A DNA stretch of 64,000 bases. Origin: Botryllus schlosseri (Eukaryota). The stretch lies in NCBI GenBank assembly GCA_051294905.1, contig CM119371.1, forward strand, positions 39,496,001-39,560,000. Direction: 5' to 3'. The notes under the pieces are model-generated. The model was not told the origin of the DNA and searched no databases. It worked only from the letters and a program-made list of their open reading frames with translations. The translations under genes and the position numbers were made by a program. The number at the start of each line of letters is the position of its first letter. Position 1 is the first letter of the stretch. Of this stretch, positions 59,936-64,000 are shown piece after piece.

Positions 59936-62900
59936 TAGGGTTGTCCAAAATTTGAAAAATTTCGAAAATGCTGCGTTGTAATGTCTTATTCTATAGATTA
60001 TTGATTAAAAACATCAACAAGCCTGAAAGAAGCTCTCAGGAACGTCGTTAAGATTTCTTACAAAGCGTTTGAAAGTAGCTGCCAAAGAGTGGGCGGGCCA
60101 CCGACGGCGAAATTGCAACTAGGCGGGCAATGACGAAACCACGATTCTTGATTGGGTAATCGGTTATGCTTCAATGATGACGGCGGCTGTCAGCTCTGAT
60201 TTGGGTGCTTCACCGTGTTTGACAGAAGGAGTAGGTTTTGCTGCTGCTGAGTCTGTTGGTGACGGCTGTAATACTGTAAAAGCGTGTTGTGGTTTGATGA
60301 GTCAATAGTAGTAATGTAACAGTGGTTCTTCGAATGTATCAGTTGTAGCAGTAGTTTCTGTTTTGCGGAGGTCGAGTCTGTTAGTAGAGACAGGAATTTG
60401 TAAAGCGCATTGTGGGTTGATGCATCAATAGTTGTAATGCAACACTTGTTCCTTGCTCAATGTTTTAGTTGCAGCAGCATTTTCTGTTCTGATGAGGTCG
60501 ATTTTGTTAGTAGTGGTTGTGGTTATGTACAAGGGCATTGTGGGTTGGTGAGTTAATAGTCGTAATGTAACACTTGTTACTTAAATGTTTTAGGCGTAGC
60601 TGTAATTTATGATAGAAGGCAAAAATATTACTGTCATGGCAGAGGCAAAACGGCGGAAGACTGTGCACTTGCCACAGAGAAGAACAAGATCTCGATCTGA
60701 GCATTACTTGGTCGGATATGCTTGCGATTACATCTGTGGCTCGAGATTACCAACCTTGCGAGAAGTAATGAGTTACTTTCTGCATCTGAAAGACCATTGC
60801 CCTCAGTCAACCCCTACTCGTGAGCTATGTAATGTGGTGGTTCATGATGTCATGACAGTGTGGCAAATGGCGAGAATTGCCACAATACTTAAAGGAAATG
60901 CGGTGAAATTACTTGAAAAACTGAACAAAAAATATATTTTTCTGAAGGCGACCATGAAACGGGAAAGTGATCCCAAGGGTAAGAGGAAAAAATTCACGGA
61001 AGATTTGGACAAGTTGTGGGATATTGGAAGTACAGATGCGATAGCAATTATACAAAATGACATTTATCTATCACATGATAGAAAGCTCGAAGACATTGCA
61101 TTCTATGAAGATCAACAGCAATCTCGCAAATGCATAATGTTGGGAAGAGACAAGATTCTCGCTAAAGACATCGAAAAGAAAACAGCAACCATGGCGGATA
61201 GAACTGTTAATAACATTCAACATGACTCAAGTGATGACTAATTGACTATGTTGTTTTAGCATCTTCTTCATCTTCAAAAGAGGGTGATAGTTTGAGTTCA
61301 AGTTCTGATTATGATGCTGATGTTGGTCTTGGCACCTCGACAGCCATTAAGCTGATGGCACCTAAAAATATTATGAATAATACCCATGTGTCCCAAGCTC
61401 TGGATCGATTGCAAATAACAGACAACAAGGCAACAATGCTGATCGGAGCATTTATTACGGCTTGTGGCGGTGACATAGCAATGTTCTCTCTGTCAAGATC
61501 TTCGACAAAGAGAGCCAGGGAAACAAATCGTCTTGAAATTTCCAAGGATATTTCAGAAAAATTTGCAGAAAATAAACCTCAACATGTTGCTATTCATTGG
61601 GATGGAAAGCTCACAGAGGATAGATTAGGAAATCGGTATGAGGCTCTGTCAATTGTCCTATCTTGTCATCCTCAATACTCAGAAGGAAAACTACTTGGCA
61701 TTCAAAAGATGCAAAATGCTGCAGGTCAGACGCAAGCAGAAACCACTTTCAACATAATTGAAAGTTGGAATATAAAAGATGCTGTAACAGCTTTGGTTTT
61801 TGACACTACAGCAAGCAACAGCGGCTGGAAGAAGGGTGCGGCAAAGATTCTTGAAGACCTTCTAGGAAGGAAGGTGTTCTACCATGCATGTCGGCACCAT
61901 GTGTATGAGCTGGTAGTGAAAGACGTTTGGAAATCTTTATTTGGAAAGGCCACAACTGGACCAGAGAATGCATGGTTTGCCCACCTTAAAAGGAACTGGA
62001 GCAGTCTTGACAGGGAACAGCAATTCAAGACTCTGACTATTCCTCTATGTTTTGCTGAACGAGCTGCAATGATAGTTGATAAGTTCAAGCTACTGTTGAA
62101 CAGAAAAGATTTTTTCACACGGGATGACTACAAGCAATGTGTGACTAATGCTCTTGCTCTTCTCGGTGCAGATGAAGATATACGTCATCACAAACCTGGT
62201 GCAGCACACCATGCGAGATGGATGGGTACAATTCTGTATGCTCAAAAGATGTTCATGTGGGCCGACCAATTAGATTACAAATCTGAAGAAGTTGAACTGC
62301 TGCGCCGCTTCAATTTATTTTTGGTTCTCTTTTATATCCCTGCGTGGGTGGATTCAAGCATTGGTCGTGATGCAGCTGGTAATGACTTGAGATTCGTTCA
62401 GCACATGTTGAGTTATAAGGAATATGATGAGCAAGTTTCCACAGCTGCTTCACGAAAGCTTTTGAAGCACGACTGGTATATTGTTGAGGAAACCGCTGTA
62501 TACGCCTTGTTTTCACCGACGGAAAGCAAGGAAACCCGCAAAATATGGCAAAGGCGCTCCTGCAAGTAGAGCGAACTTCCAGTTTCAGAAGGGGCCCACC
62601 CTCATTGAATGCAACTATACAGATCAACAAGGACAGTACGTTGTCTGACCTTATTGGGCCCCAGTCGTGGTACATATTTGAAGTTTTTGAATGCTCTGGG
62701 GATTGGCTGCGTCAACCGGTTGATGATTGGCACTTTTCAGATTCATTCAATAAAATGAATTGCTACGTTAGTTCTGTCAAAGTCGTTAATGATGCCGCAG
62801 AAAGAGGTGTCAAGCTAAGCACAGACTATGCTGCAATCTTGACTGACAATGAACAGCAAAGAGACAGTTTGCTTCAAGCTGTGGAACAGCATAGGAAGAT

Positions 62901-63646
62901 TTTTGGAGACAGCAGGAAGTCTACTCTTATCAAAGGCCAGTGATCTGCAACACTGACCCTGCGATATACTTTTTAATGATGCCTTTTGTAAATAGCATTT
63001 TTGCCTTTGTTAAATCTTGAATAAAAAGTGTAATATGCGTTCGTTTTAGAGAGAGACGTCGACTTACCATAACAAGCCATAAGGAGAAATTGACTACTGG
63101 TTTGCAATTTATGAGTTACAGTCGTTGTCAACTGGTATGTTTTAGAAGGCTCGAAGGTAGCACGATGCATGCATCTAGTTCATTCTTATTTAAATTGGCC
63201 AAGCTCCTGTGCAAGAAGTAACAAAACTGTTATACACCGTGTTCAGGTAGAAAATATATTACTGGATCGTTATGCTGTTGTCGATGGCAGCATTAACAAC
63301 GTCAATTTACCATATCGCCAATGCCACGAACAGAAATGGCTGCAAACCAACACAACAGAGTAGAACGAAATCGTGACCAGCAATGATCACAAAATCAGTA
63401 TTTCAGCCAATCAGTAGCTTATTATTACAGGTTCCAACCAATCAAAATTCTAGGTTCGTGATTGCCCGCCCACTTCATCGATTCCCCGCCCACATGCAGA
63501 CGGCTACTTTCAAACGCTTTGTAAGAAATCTTAACGACGTTCCTGAGAGCTTCTTTCAGGCTTGTTGATGTTTTTAATCAATAATCTATAGAATAAGACA
63601 TTACAACGCAGCATTTTCGAAATTTTTCAAATTTTGGACAACCCTA
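59936..63646 (+). mobile_element. hAT-superfamily transposon (hATm/hATx-like) with long TIRs
   Basis: ~140 bp perfect plus further imperfect TIR, termini TAGGGTTGTCC; 8-bp TSD CTGTACAG. Confidence 0.93.
60609..62943 (+). CDS. hATm-like transposase in three ORF pieces (probable short intron near 61231-61259; frameshift near 62545)
   Basis: Motifs RLPT, IHWDGKL, FDTTASNSG, ACRHHVYEL, RDDY, PGAAHHARWM, VVNDAAERGVKL across ORFs 60609-61241, 61292-62569 and 62545-62943. Confidence 0.85.
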
Positions 63647-63654
63647 CTGTACAG

Positions 63655-64000
63655 TAGGGGTGTTCAAAAATGACTTTTTCTTCCAAATTCTATTGGCTAC
63701 TTGATAAAATCGTTAGGTTACCTAATTGAAGCCTGCACACCAGATTTTATTCGATTCCAACCAGTAGCCGCATTGCTACAGTGGAAGAAAGTTTTTTTAT
63801 TTATTATATGAAAATGAATAAAAAAAGATTTAAAATTTTCTGTTCACCCCATTAAATTGTTAGGTTGTCTATAGAAACAATGCTCAACCGATTTGGCTCA
63901 ATTCCAACCAGTGAAAGCGGAGTTATTGGTGTCGCAAAATTTTGGATTTGAATAAAATAGTATTTACGGTGACCGATTCTTAATCATTTATTACAATTGT
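63655..64000. mobile_element. TAGGGGTGTTCAAAA MITE (runs off window)
   Basis: Matches the left arm of 35206-35819; begins immediately after the 8-bp TSD of the hAT. Confidence 0.85.

Overview
Eukaryotic (metazoan, probably marine invertebrate; a tunicate-like origin is only a guess) AT-rich genomic DNA dominated by nested transposable elements. It holds two near-identical CR1-group (Crack/L2-like) LINEs inserted head-to-head about 135 bp apart, with an uninterrupted 'empty' paralogue of their target at ~42.1-43.0 kb. A five-exon minus-strand fragment of an NLR-like LRR gene (41.5 to 14.7 kb) has introns filled with MITEs. A PIF/Harbinger element has landed inside the target-site duplication (TSD) of a long-TIR P-superfamily (Galileo-like) element. 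That P element is the most unusual item: its spliced plus-strand transposase ends soon after the catalytic core, while a separate convergent minus-strand ORF, split by an intact hAT transposon, carries motifs typical of the P/THAP9 C-terminal domain, suggesting a two-gene 'split' P transposase. A TAGGG-terminated hAT with its foldback non-autonomous partner, a TTAGGG-containing minisatellite MITE, a ~40-bp satellite and a tRNA-Leu fragment are also present. All calls are from manual reading and motif recognition; no database searches were run.
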